Part shown: piece after piece, positions 1 to 11,967 of the stretch
How the letters are laid out: every line of letters starts with the position of its first letter
Position numbering within the stretch: position 1 is the first letter of the stretch
NCBI RefSeq assembly: GCF_006345805.1
Contig: NC_043006.1
Coordinates: 20,894,001-20,958,000, forward strand
From: Octopus sinensis
Lineage: Eukaryota
DNA: 64,000 bases
Direction: 5' to 3'
The notes under the pieces: model-generated
What the model saw: the letters and a program-made list of their open reading frames with translations, nothing else
Told to the model about the DNA's origin: nothing
The model's database searches: none
Translations under genes and position numbers: made by a program

Positions 1-45
1 TATATTTAATGCACATACACACACACACACACACACACACGCACG

Positions 46-76
<31 letters not shown>

Positions 77-392
77 ACACAAGCACGTATTTTATCCATG
101 ATAATTCCCCAAGAACGTAACTACTTTGTTTTCCCATTACGAACGAAAGATAAACACCATATATCGACTATTGATAATTCAGCCCCTTGACAGAAATTAA
201 TTGTCCCCCCACCCCAATGCGATGAGAGTTAACCAAAGATGACAGCAAATATTTGATTATCAAAATCATTTTCTTCTATATATTTTTGTTCTTTAGAAGG
301 AACTTTCAAGGATCCTCATTAGAAACGGTCGAAGAATATGAAGAATTAACTCAGCGTATTCATTTTAAATTGGTTCTGTATTGTCGATTGCC

Positions 393-796
393 TACTCTTT
401 TACTTGTTTCAGTCATTTGACTGTGGCCATGCTGGAGCACCGCCTTTAGTCGAGCAAATCGACTCCAGGACTTATTCTTTGTAAGCCCAGTTCTTATTCT
501 ATCGGTCTCTTTTGCCGAACCGTTAAGTGACGGGGACGTAAACACACCAGCATCGGTTGTCAAGCAATGCTAGGGGGACAAACACACACACATACATATA
601 TATGGCTTAGCGGTATTTCGTCTGCCGCTACTTTCTGAGTTCAAATTCCGCCGAGGTCGACTTTGCCTTTCATCCTTTCGGGGTCGATAAATTAAGTACC
701 AGTTACACACTGGGGTCGATGTAATAGACTTAATCCATTTGTCAGTCCTTGTTTGTCTCCTCTATGTTTAGTCCCTTGTGGGTAGTAAAGAAATAC

Positions 797-827
<31 letters not shown>

Positions 828-989
828 TACGACAGGCTTCTTTCAGTTTCCGTCTACCAAATCCACTCACAAGACATTGGTCGGCCCGGGGCTATAGCAG
901 AAGACACTTGCCCAAGATGCCACGCAGTGGGACTGAACCCGGAACCATGTGGATGGTAAGCAAGCTACTTACCACACAGCCACTCCTGC
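393..989 (-). mobile_element. SINE family A (tRNA-derived head, internal TA/CA microsatellite, GTAAAAGA-repeat tail), interrupted by SINE-B
   Basis: Reverse complement of GCAGGAGTGGCTGTGTGGT...GGTTCAGTCCC head (A/B-box-like) through CAGCATGGCCGCAGTCAAATGACTGAAACAAGTAAAAGAG tail; more than 10 copies in the window. Confidence 0.9.
605..795 (+). mobile_element. 5'-truncated SINE family B nested in the SINE-A microsatellite
   Basis: GCTTAGCGGTATTTCGTCTG...GAGTTCAAATTCC...GGGTAGTAAAGAAATA matches other B copies. Confidence 0.9.
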
Positions 990-1225
990 TTGGAAATTTT
1001 TTGTTATGAAAGAAGTTAAAAAAGATAAAAAAAGGTCGAAGAATATGTGATTTCCGTAGTGTGTAGTCAACAGGACGTAGATTGTTGTTAAGTAGAGCTC
1101 CTCCTCTTTAGTCAGTTAACGATAAATACTGCAGATTTTGAAGAATTTGACAGATTTTATAATAGTTCTCATGGTAGATTCATTTTATAATGTTCGGATA
1201 ATTTGTTTCAATCTTTGTAAAAGTC

Positions 1226-1862
1226 GGATCTTTTCCTTTTGAACGGCAGACAATTTTTAGTTAACTAAACACTTTAAAACTTCGTATACTGGTAGAATGT
1301 GTCAAAATAAAACATTTTTTTCTCTTGGCTTTCTTGAGAAAATTGTAATTTGTTTGTTTAACGTAGTTTAATTTTTCGAATTTTAACCAATCCTATGCTC
1401 TCTTTTGAGCTAAAATCATTTGCTGCGTCTAAAACTGAGACAACAACCTGTAACTAACCCTAAACCTCCCACCTAACCCTAATTTTTTTTTCTTAATTGT
1501 TACATTAATTTAATTGTTAAGCGTGTAAAAAAAACTAAAGCAATGGAATTAAATTAATTTAACAATTAAGAAAAAAAATAGGGTTAGGGTTAGGGTTAGG
1601 GGGGAGGTTTAGGGTTAGTTACAGGATGTTGTCTCAGTTTTAGACGCAGCAAATGATTTTAGTTGAATGGAGGTAATCGATTGATTAAAATTGCCGAAAG
1701 GCTCGGATTTTCAGACGAAATATCTTACAAACTATATAATTTTCTCAATAAAACCAAGAGAAAATGATGTTTTATAAACACATTCTACCAGTATACGAAG
1801 TTTAAAAGTGTTTAGTTAACTAGAAATTGTGTTGACATCTGCCGTTCAAAAGGAAAAGATCC
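1226..1862. mobile_element. Fold-back MITE (Merlin-like) with long imperfect arms and internal TTAGGG repeats
   Basis: Termini GGATCTTTTCCTTTTGAACGGCAGA / TCTGCCGTTCAAAAGGAAAAGATCC; perfect 8-bp TSD TAAAAGTC (1218-1225, 1863-1870). Confidence 0.85.
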
Positions 1863-2208
1863 TAAAAGTCCAGTGTTCGAAAGCAGCGGAGCTCCTAAAG
1901 GAAAATCTTCATTTTGAAATTTATTTAAGCTGTAGCGTATCAAATGATCAATGAGAGACTACATCTGGGATATAATATATTTCTCAAATTTTATGTTAAT
2001 TATATACATAATTATAATTATTTCTTTTAGCTCACTTTAAAAAATAATTTGTGGGCTAAACTCTTTGTAACTCTTTTTTTATAAGCGAAAAATAAAATGA
2101 TCAAAGTTAATCTGGTTAGATTATGATGATGAGGATCAATAAGCTTGGAACATGTTATGATGAGTGTCTACCTGCAATCCAGTGCCGGACCATTATTTTA
2201 CGTATCTT

Positions 2209-2322
2209 CGGGTTCAGTCCCAGTGCGTGGCACCTTGGGCAAGTGTCTTCTACTATAGCCTCGGGCCGACCAAAGCCTTGTGAGTGGATTTGGTAGATGG
2301 AAACTTAAAGAAACCCGTCGTA

Positions 2323-2360
<38 letters not shown>

Positions 2361-2586
2361 TGCGTGTATGTTTGTGTGTCTGTGTTTGTCCCCCTAGCAT
2401 TGCTTGACAACCGATGCTGGTGTGTTTATGTCCCCGTCACTTAGCGGTTCGGCAAAAGAGACCGATAGAATGAGTACTGGGCTTACAAAGAATAAGTCCC
2501 GGGGTCGAGTTGCTCGACTTAAGGCGGTGCTCCAGCATGGCCGCAGTCAACTGACTGAAACAAGTAAAGGAGAGTAAAAGAGAGTA
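2209..2586 (+). mobile_element. SINE family A, 5'-truncated
   Basis: Matches the A consensus from GGTTCAGTCCC to the tail. Confidence 0.9.
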
Positions 2587-3050
2587 TACTCATATTAGGA
2601 ATTTTCAAAATCATTATTAAAAGCGGCCTCAAGAATATGAAGAGTTAAGCCCGCCCTCTTCTCTCTCTCTCTTTCTCTCTCTCTCTACACACATACACAC
2701 ACATATATATGTATCAAATGAATGTTTTATAAAACTATTCCGCACATACAATAACAACCATACTAAAAGTTCAACACACCTCTATCATCAGCTGCCCAGA
2801 AACAACTGAGACGGAAAATGGAATATACGGAAAGTTTTGTTGATCACAACGATTGTTTCGACACATCCTGCATCGCTCCCTTGCGGCTTACAAACTATAC
2901 CTTTAATTTCGGGTGTAGAAATACCTCGTCAGGTGATGTCATAATGTACCTTGTTACATAAATGATGTTTTGTTCGTTCAGATTAACTAATTTGATCTCT
3001 CACTCGACGGAATACTTTTTTGTGCATCTCACGTTAACGGAACAATAAAC

Positions 3051-3111
<61 letters not shown>

Positions 3112-3132
3112 CAATAAACTATATGTATGTAT

Positions 3133-3365
3133 TAAGGCGGCGAGCTGGCAGAAACGTTAGCACGCCGAGCGAAATGAGTAGCCGTATTTCGTCTGCCGTT
3201 ACGTTCTGAGTTCAAATTTCGCCGAGGTCGACTTTGCCTTTCATCCTTTCTGGGTCGTTAAATAAAGTACCAGTTTTGCACTGGGGTCTATGTAATCGAC
3301 TTAATCCCTTTGTCTGTCCTTGTTTGTCCCCTCTATGTTTAGCCCCTTGTGGGTAGTAAAGAAAT
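3133..3365 (+). mobile_element. SINE family B, full length (B1 tail)
   Basis: TAAGGCGGCGAGCTGGCAGAAACG head, GAGTTCAAAT B-box-like motif, GCCTTTCATCCTTTC..GGTCG..AAGTACC central domain, GTAGTAAAGAAATA end. Confidence 0.9.
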
Positions 3366-3630
3366 ATGTATGTATGTATGTAAGTTTTGTATAGTATGTA
3401 TGTAAGTTTCGTATAGTATGTATGTAAGTTTTCTATAGTATGTAGTAGAGTATAAATGTGATAGAAGGCGCGACATAGCTACCAGTTTGAACTTAGTAGA
3501 AAGCACCACACTCCACTCTTCTACACCCTGCGCAGTTAGACGAATGCCATCTGTTGTTCATGTATAGCTCCACATGCTTTCTCATCATTGTGTTGTTTAG
3601 ACCTAGTACAACACTATAACAACGATATAA

Positions 3631-4020
3631 TACTCTTTTACTCTTTTACTTGTTTCAGTCATTTGACTGCGGCCATGCTGGAGCACCGCCTTTAGTCGAG
3701 CAAATCGACCCCGGGACTTATTCTTTGTAAGCCCAGTACTTATTCTATCGGTCTATTTTGCCGAACCGCTAAGTGACGGGGACGTAAACACACCAGCAAT
3801 GTGTCAAGCAATGTGTCAAGCAATGCTAGGGGGACAAACACACACACACATACATATATATATATACATATATACGACAAGCTTCTTTCAGTTTCCGTCT
3901 ACCAAATCCACTCACAAGGCATTGGTCGGCCCGGGGCTATAGCAGAAGACACTTGCCCAAGATGTCACGCAGTGGGACTGAACCCGGAACCATGTGGTTG
4001 GTTAGCAAGCTACTTACTAC
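3631..4020 (-). mobile_element. SINE family A
   Basis: Matches the A consensus; small internal duplication GCAATGTGTCAA. Confidence 0.9.
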
Positions 4021-4448
4021 AAAGAAAAGATCTATAAAGATCTACTTACTATAAAGAAAAGATCTATAATCCAAGCTATTTGAACCATGACCCACCCATT
4101 TTAAGGGTATCTAGTCATGAAGAAGACGATGTCTATGAGTCGTTAAAAGGCCTCCAAAACTGATGGTAGGATGGTGGAAAGGTAGGGAGGGTGAAGAAGG
4201 TATCCTCGAACCGGATAGCTAAGCTTAATGCATATAAGAGCGTTAACCCCGTTAAAGGCAGTACGTTGTTTGGTGATGGTGTTAGACAGGGTGGTGGATT
4301 AAGTCTACCACCAAAATAGGCCGGGACAGGACTTGAGTTCAGATTGCAAAGAACCGCAATATATTCTGCGTTCTTGCCGTCCCATTAATCCGCTTTTCTC
4401 TTCTTTTTACCGGTCCGAAAGGATGACCGAAAATTAATATCGACGGGA

Positions 4449-4905
4449 TTGGCACTGGAATCTGTCCAGAGACGTGCAACCAAACGCATACCCTCCATCA
4501 GACACCTACCATATTCTGAGCGTCTTGTTTCCCTGGGCATGGATTCACTGAAGCTCCGGCGTTTGGCGACGGACTTGGTAAACACCCACAAAGTTATCAA
4601 CCACCTCACCAACAACAACACTGAACACCTTTTTGATCTCCATGTGTCTAACACACGTGGACATGCCTACAAAGTCAGAAAACAATACAGCTCCCATGAC
4701 TTTCGGAAACATTTTTTCACGCTCAGAGTTGCTGAAGCATGGAATAAACTGCCTGCGTCAGTTGTTGACTGCCATGACACTGCATCTTTTAAGGCCCTCA
4801 TGCTTTCCGAAATCCGCCGAAACTACACCTGATTATATATACACTTTAGATGAGTTGTAGTGCACCTGAGCACTGTACACAATTATTATTATTATTATTA
4901 TTATT
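4449..4905 (+). mobile_element. CR1-type LINE 3' end (ORF2 C-terminus, 3'UTR, (TTA)n tail)
   Basis: ORF 4449-4832 LESVQRRATK..LPYSERL..L.SL..RR...DL...TRGH..K...FF..RV..AWNKLP is the typical CR1 post-RT C-terminus; ends in ATTATTATT. Confidence 0.9.
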
Positions 4906-4916
4906 AGAGAGTACTT

Positions 4917-5130
4917 TCTCTCTCTCTCTCTCTCTCTCTCACGCACACACACACACACTCTCTCTCTCTCTCACACACACACTCTCTCTCTCACACACAC
5001 ACTATCTCTCTCACACACATACACTCTCTCTCTTACCTTCTTTCGCTCTCTCTCTTTCACCCTCTCTCTCTCGCTTTCGCTCTCTCTTTCACTCCTTTTC
5101 TTTCTCACTCTACCTAAATGTCTCTCTCCT

Positions 5131-5162
<32 letters not shown>

Positions 5163-5163
5163 T

Positions 5164-5195
<32 letters not shown>

Positions 5196-5587
5196 CTCTC
5201 ACTTACCTTCTTTCGCTCTCTCTCTTTCACCCTCTCTCTCTCGCTTTCGCTCTCTTTCACTCCTTTTCTTTCTCTCTCTACCTAAATGTCTCTCTCCTTC
5301 TCTCTCTCTCACACACACACTCTCTCTCACACACACACTCTCTCTCTCTCTCTCACATTCTCTCTCTTACCTTCTTTCGCTCTCTCTCTTTCACCCTCTC
5401 TCTCTCTCGCTTTCGCTCTCTCTTTCACTCCTTTTCTTTCTCTCTCTACCTAAATGTCTCTCTCCTTCTCTCTCTCTCTCTCTCTCACACACACATGCAC
5501 ACATACACTCTTTCTCTTTCGCTTTCTCTCCCTTTCGCCCTCTCTCTCTCTTTCGCTCTCTCTCGTTCTCCCTCTCTCTCTCTCCCT
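4917..5587. repeat. Compound (TC)/(CA) microsatellite containing three ~170-bp higher-order units
   Basis: CTTACCTTCTTTCGCTCTC...CTACCTAAATGTCTCTCTCC recurs at ~5032, ~5203, ~5367. Confidence 0.9.
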
Positions 5588-6094
5588 GATTGGGGTACCA
5601 GTCAGTGTTTACGCCATCAATTAATGGGTTGCACTTGACAGCATATTGGTTTCAGGTTTTGGCACAAGGCCAGTAGATCTGGAGGAGGGGATAAGTCGAT
5701 TACATCGAGAGAGAATGTGTGAGAGAGAGAGAGAGTGTGTGTGTGATTTCTTTGATTTTTAGTGGCTAACATTGATTCCTAAAACTTGACAGTAATTTAA
5801 TAGACAGAACAGTCTATTTGTTTGTGAGATTTGTCCTTGATGTCCTAATCCGTCGTTCGGTTTGATTCCACCCATTTGGACTTTGGAACCAGCTCTATGT
5901 TATGAGGATAATTCAATACCCAGATGTGATGCTTCCTGTAGTCATGACCCACGAGGCGTGGTTTTTTTTTTTGTCTTTTCTTCCTCGCCAGTGTATAAAA
6001 CCATGAGAAAGCTCAAAAGCACAACACTTCTGTAAATTTTGATATAATTCTGACTTTTTCGTATTTTCATACTCTTTCACATCTTCAGAGTTTT

Positions 6095-6360
6095 GGAGAC
6101 ACGTGTGTGGCCTAGTGGTAAGTATACTGGACCCTTGAAATTAAGATCATGGTTTCAATTCCCACGCTGCGCGGAGTATTGTCTTCTTGAGCAAAAAACT
6201 TCCCTTCATATTGTTCCAGTTCACTTAGCTGAAAGCGAATACTAACAACAACTGGTGAGTTCACCCTGTGAGGGACTGGCGCTCCATCCAGAGGAAGGTA
6301 TATTGTACACTTGGTCGCTTCTACGTAATAGAATAAGCCCAGGCTTATGAGTCTGTGGCT
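6095..6360 (+). mobile_element. Degenerate CORE-type SINE
   Basis: tRNA-like head (TGGCCTAGTGGT...GGTTTCAATTCC) then CTTGAGCAA..ACTT...GTTCCAGTTCACTTAGCTG CORE-like block; similar to 24332 and 31792. Confidence 0.65.
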
Positions 6361-7558
6361 CATGTCCGACCAAAGTCTTAAGAAATAATGATACTTCAAT
6401 TTCTTTAGATCGTCTCGCGACATAATCAGAGAAATAGATGAATGGTTAAACAACTATTTGTTGGCGTCTTACTTCAGATATGAAGAATCTTTAATATAGT
6501 CTTTGAAGAAATGTCCTTTGAAGAAATGTTTGAAACACAGTTACATTATCGTTTTTATTTTAAAAAAAACAAAAACTATTGAACTGATTTCTTTGACTTT
6601 TAGTGGCTAACATTGATTCCTAAAACTGATTTATACAGAGAAAAATGGCGGCCTATCAAAACTGCTATTGTAATGTTGATAGTAGTTAAAGAACTATATC
6701 TCCGAAAACTAAATTTGCCAGATCTCATAAAAAGCATTGCAAACATGAAAGAAACGAAAACAACCAATTTTTATCCCTTGTATTTTGATTTCTACATAGA
6801 TCTAACTAATCTTATTCATATAAATAGATTTTTCCCATTTAAAAGCATAGGGGAAAAGCCAGTTCAAGAAAAACAAATAGTTTAAATGATTGAATTTTCG
6901 GATTGAGATTCCGAGTCTTTCCGGAAAAACAGAAAGATCTCTAATAAATATAATGGAAGAAATGATGAATCCATTATCTGTTTCATAAAGGCCAGTAGCG
7001 TTACATAAACGCATCATATACATGATAACTTCCATTTTCCTCGTCTTTCTTTGAACTACGTAAAGCAAAGAATAACACAAAAATAAAATAAGCATTCGAA
7101 GACTTTTGTATAAAGCTAACGGTAAAAGCATTGTGAACATGTGAAGAATTCTTAAAATCTGTATTGTTCTTATTTATGAGACACTGATTATGATTCTGTA
7201 GAACTTTAACCCCTTCAACTTGCGAGTACGCTTTAAGTGGCATGAGTTCCTTTTGTTACACTCGCGAAAAATGCAAAAGTGGCGGGGGTGGGGGTGGGGG
7301 TGGGGGGGGTCATATGGTCAAGTGTTTGCAGCTAAAAGTAACAATGTTTTCGCCAATTGGTGAGCTGCCAAAGAATATTCATGTAACGGCCGCTTTTACA
7401 TCTTTCCAGATGTATTTATTGTCATACGAAGTCGTGTCTCACAAAGCGCACCAGTAAATTCAAAGTGGTTAAAAACAACAAAAAAAGCTAATGAATCAAA
7501 TTTATTTATTTCATATATGCCATTGTCAGCTGGCTCCGTTTTCGCAATCATAAATTTG

Positions 7559-7980
7559 GGATCTTTTCGGTTTGAACGGCAGTTTTTTTCTAGCGGTGTC
7601 ATATGATATTGTCACCCATAATTATGACCCTAGTATCGATCTATTGCATTTCAATCTGTTTTAGGGTTAGGGTTAGGGGTGGGATGAAGGGTATCTTTTT
7701 TTCTTCACAAATGTAAATAAACCCAATCTGTTTCTTAAACGAGAGACATTTTCATACGACACAGAATGTTTTTTTTTTACCTCAATAGACGTCATTGATT
7801 GGTTGAAATTGCAGAAATTGAAGTAAAAAAGCAACAAATATCTTACAGACTATAGAATTTTCTCAATAAAGCCAAGAGAAAAAGATCTTTTATAAACACA
7901 TTCTACCAGTATACGAAGTTTAAAATTTTTTAGTTACCTAGAAATTATATTAAAAATTGCCGTTCAAACCGAAAAGATCC
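7559..7980. mobile_element. MITE (Merlin-like) with TTAGGG repeats
   Basis: TIR GGATCTTTTCGGTTTGAACGGCAG; TSD TAAATTTG/TAAATATG; same family as 36564 and 48387. Confidence 0.85.
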
Positions 7981-8171
7981 TAAATATGTACCAACGGATG
8001 ATTAAGTCCATTGATAATACATTCATGATTTCTCAAAGATATTTTGTGACATATAAAACTAAAAGAACAAAAGCCAGAAATTGATACAGCGTTTAGAGAA
8101 AGCCATTTTAGTTCATGGTGTAAAACAGTTACCAAATAGCTATAATGATAACTCTGACCTAACATACAACT

Positions 8172-8748
8172 GGTACTTCGTCGGATACGACAACAAAGAT
8201 TCCAGTTGACCCGATCAACGGAACAGCCTGCTCGTGAAATCTCTCTCTATATAAACGGCAGTTTGTCTGTCTGTGTGTCTGTGTGTCTGTCAGGTTGTAC
8301 CCTCACCCTGACCACGACTTTCAACCGATTCTGATGAAACTTGACACGCACATAGCCCAATATCATAATTCAAAACTGACGCAGTTTTGAAAATTTTGAA
8401 AAGTTCCCCCAGTTCTGAAAAAATCGATAAATTCGACATGGGGTCGAGAATCTAAGCTTTTTATATGCAACACATTTTCTGTCTAGGGGACACAACTCGA
8501 CCTTTTTATCGCCCAAAGGGACAGCTAGGAACATCGTATACACAGAAGTATTCGAGTGAAGAGAAGACATTGCAACCTACACATGCGCCTTCGTTCCCTA
8601 GAGGGAAAGGACCAGATTGGAATTAGCCGTTGCCTTCTAGGGGCTCTTTCATACCCGGGCAACGCCGGGCTATGCTGCTAGTTAACGTATAAGTGGCTGA
8701 TTACTCCACATACACGCCGTATCTTTAATGTAGTTCTCAGGGTGATTC
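8172..8748 (-). mobile_element. 3' fragment of SINE family C (C1 tail), split by a Helitron
   Basis: CCGATCAACGGAACAGCCTGCTCGTGAAA | TTAACGTATAAGTGGCTG is contiguous in intact C1 copies. Confidence 0.8.
8240..8681 (+). mobile_element. Non-autonomous Helitron
   Basis: Inserted between A and T without TSD; 5'-TC start; subterminal hairpin CCCGG-GCAACG-CCGGG (8654-8669); CTAG-3' end. Confidence 0.9.
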
Positions 8749-8975
8749 GTACCAAAGTTTTATTTTACCTTGTTTCAGTTCACGCAGATGTCAGCAATGA
8801 GTGGGTATCAGATGACCAAGGAGTGCTAACTTTGACAAAACGAAATTCTACATAGTCTCAGTCCACTTACCGGTCGGTAATATATACCAGATCATCTGGA
8901 ATGTTATCAGTGACAAACCAACGTTCTACTTTATCTCAGTTCACCTAACTGACAGTAGTAAGAACCCAAATACCA

Positions 8976-10485
8976 TATTTTTTTAATTGCCCACAAGGGG
9001 CTAAACATAGAGGGGACAAACGGATTAAGTCGATTATATCGAACCCAGTGCGTAACTGGTACTTAATTTATCGACCCCGAAAGGATGAAAGGCAAAGTCG
9101 ACCTCGGTGGAATTTGAACTCAGAACGTAACGGCAGACGAAATACCTATTTCTTTACTACCCACAAGGGGCTAAACACAGAGAGGATAAACAAGGACAGA
9201 CAAACGGATTAAGTCGATTATATCGACCCCAGTGCGTAACTGGTACTTATTTAATCGACCCCGAAAGGATGAAAGGCAAAGTCGACCTCGGTGGAATTTG
9301 AACTCAGAACGTAACGGCAGACGAAATACCTATTTCTTTACTACCCACAAGGGGCTAAACACAGAGAGGACAAACAAGGACAGACAAACGGATTAAGTCG
9401 ATTATATCGACCCCAGCGCGTAACTGGTACTTATTTAATCGACCTCGAAAGGATGAAAGGCAAAGTCGACCTCGGTGGAATTTGAACTCAGAACGTAACG
9501 GCAGACGAAATACCTATTTCTTTACTACCCACAAGGGGCTAAACACAGAGAGGGCAAACAAGGACAGACAAACGGATTAAGTCGATTATATCGACCGCAG
9601 CGCGTAACTGGTACTTATTTAATCGGCCTCGAAAGGATGAAAGGCAAAGTCGACCTCGATGGAATTTGAACTCAGAACGTAACGGCAGACGAAATACCTA
9701 TTTCTTTACTACCCACAAGGGGCTAAACACAGAGAGGACAAACAAGGACAGACAAACGGATTAAGTCGATTATATCGAACACCAGTGCGTAACTGGTACT
9801 TATTTAATCGAACCCGAAAGGCTGAAAGGCAAAGTCGACCTCGGCGGAATTTGAACTCTGAACGTAACGGCAGACGAAATACCTATTTCTTTACTACCCA
9901 CAAGGGGCTAAACACAGAGAGGGCAAACAAGGACAGACAAACGGATTAAGTCGATTATATCGAACACCAGTGCGTAACTGGTACTTATTTAATCGACCCC
10001 GAAGGGATGAAAGGCAAAGTCGACCTCGGTGGAATTTGAACTCAGAATGTAACGGCAGAGGAAATACCTATTTCTTTACTAACCACAAGGGGCTAAACAC
10101 AGAAAGGACAAACAAGGATAGAGAAACGGATTAAGTCGATTATATCGACCCCAGTGCGTAACTGGTACTTATTTAATCGACCTCGAAAGGATGAAAGGCA
10201 AAGTCGACCTCGGTGGAATTTGAACTCAGAATGTAACGGCAGAGGAAATACCTATTTCTTTACTACCCACAAGGGGCTAAACACAGAAAGGACAAACAAG
10301 GATAGAGAAACGGATTAAGTCGATTATATCGACCCCAGTGCGTAACTGGTACTTATTTAATCGACCTCGAAAGGATGAAAGGCAAAGTCGACCTTGGCGG
10401 AATTTGAACTCAGAACGTAGCGGCAGACGAAATACCGCTAGGCATCTCGCCCGGCGTGCTAACGATTCTGCCAGCTCGCCGCCTT
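8976..10485 (-). repeat. Head-to-tail array of 8 SINE-B units (one full head plus seven identically truncated ~184-bp monomers)
   Basis: Junction GAAATACCTATTTC at ~9139, 9323, 9507, 9691, 9875, 10061, 10245. Confidence 0.95.
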
Positions 10486-10637
10486 GAACCATAAATTATT
10501 ACTTATAATAGTCCTATAATCAGCATCGTCACAGTTCACTTAGCTGTCGATAATAAGTAGCAGATGTCATAGAAAAATATCAATTGGAATGAAGTGAATA
10601 AATTCTCTACATTCATGCTCTTTTACACTTTTTTTTT

Positions 10638-11040
10638 TTACTCTCTTTTACTTGTTTCAGTCATTTGACTGCGGCCATGCTGGAGCACCGTCTTTAGTCG
10701 AGCAACTCGACCCCGGGACTTATTCTTTGTAAGCCCAGTACTTATTCTATCGGTCTCTTTTGCCGAACCGCTAAGTGACGGGGATGTAAACACACCAGCA
10801 TCGGTTGTCAAGCAATGCTAGGGGGACAAATACAGACACACAAACACACACGCACATACATATATATATATACATATATACGACAGGCTTCTTTCAGTTT
10901 CCGTCTACCAAATCCACTCACAAGGCATTGGTCGGCCCGGGGCCATAGCAGAAGACACTTGCCCAAGATGCCACGCAGTGGGATTGAACCCGGAACCATG
11001 TGGCTGGTTAGCAAGCTATTTACCACATAGCCACTCCTGC
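10638..11040 (-). mobile_element. SINE family A, full length
   Basis: Matches the A consensus. Confidence 0.9.
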
Positions 11041-11133
11041 CATTCATTTATTTGAGTTATTTCCTTTGGTTCAGAAATATTAAATTTCTAAATATCTCAT
11101 AGAGATAGAGATATGCACGGTGGTGGGGCGATA

Positions 11134-11560
11134 GAATAGTTGTATACTTTCAATTTAACGTGACAGTAGGGGATTACACCACCGCTGTTTAGCCCTAGGA
11201 AGCATCGACGCTTCCTGTCGGCTTCGACACATTTCCTGTGTCCTTATATATTTCTGATTTTTGTGATCAGTGAATAAAGTTCACTGAAAATTAGATATAT
11301 ATATTTACGAAGTCGAGACAAATATCTGCAGCTAGCAGGCTTCTGCTACTCTAGACCGATGATGGGCAAAGACCCTGAAACATGCGTGTCTCTAGATGCA
11401 GGCCTAGCTGTTGGGGGTATTTGTCTCCCCTTCGTAAATATATAAGGACACAGGAAAAAAATGTGTCGAAGCCATCAGGAAGCGTCGATGCTTCCTAGGG
11501 CTAAACAGCGGTGGTGTAATTCCCTTACTGTCACGTTAAATTGACAGTATACAACCATTC
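11134..11560. mobile_element. Rod-like inverted-repeat element with a hammerhead-like motif at its apex (PLE-related or MITE-like)
   Basis: ~115-bp outer arms (GAATAGTTGTATACT...GTGTCCTTATATA and its reverse complement) plus inner paired blocks. Confidence 0.75.
11350..11396 (+). ncRNA. Type-I hammerhead-ribozyme-like motif (core variant CCGAUGA)
   Basis: TCTAGA-CCGATGA-T-GGG caaaga CCC-T-GAAA-CA tgcg TG-TC-TCTAGA: stems I, II and III form by eye; U4->C and a U.U pair next to the core. Confidence 0.55.
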
Positions 11561-11967
11561 CTTTGGTTCATTGTCCTTTTAAGTATGTGAATTATTCTAA
11601 GCAAAATTTATTTGTAAGGCATATTCTTATATGTAAAACTCTATCCTTTGATCTGCAAGCTTAGTTAGACTATCTTAGGCTGATGAGGTAAATTTGATAG
11701 AAACATGTACAAGTTGTTTCCCTTGCCTAAAAAATAACGATCAGATCGTTTTTTACCAGTAAATATTTCAGTTAATTTGAAGACTTATTTTCTTGAAATT
11801 ATGCTGCTTTTTCTTCAAACACTCCAACGATACACAACCGCGTTTCTGTTTACTTTCACTAAGTAATCTTACATTTACTTACATTTACTGAAAGTAAGTA
11901 AATATAGAATTACTTACTTTTCCTGACTTCGGCTAGAGGCTGTGGCCATGCTAGGATATTACCTTAA

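Noticed and set aside
1579-1620. TTAGGG repeats as an interstitial telomere or fusion scar
   Set aside because: Only 2-4 units and always inside the same MITE family
6613-7457. Cluster of short ORFs and a TTAA-CCCC motif suggesting a piggyBac or other transposase remnant
   Set aside because: No catalytic motif recognised and no matching right end
8325-8345. Other CTGATGA/CTGAAGA words (8331, ~22212, ~55330)
   Set aside because: No compatible stem II-GAAA-stem III-NUH architecture; 8331 is a Helitron body motif
8976-10485. Regular array resembling a CRISPR or satellite
   Set aside because: No unique spacers; units are SINE-B monomers in eukaryotic DNA
11674-11713. CTGATGAG...GAAACATGTA hammerhead-like words
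   Set aside because: Palindromic stem III is present but stems I and II do not form; too degenerate to call
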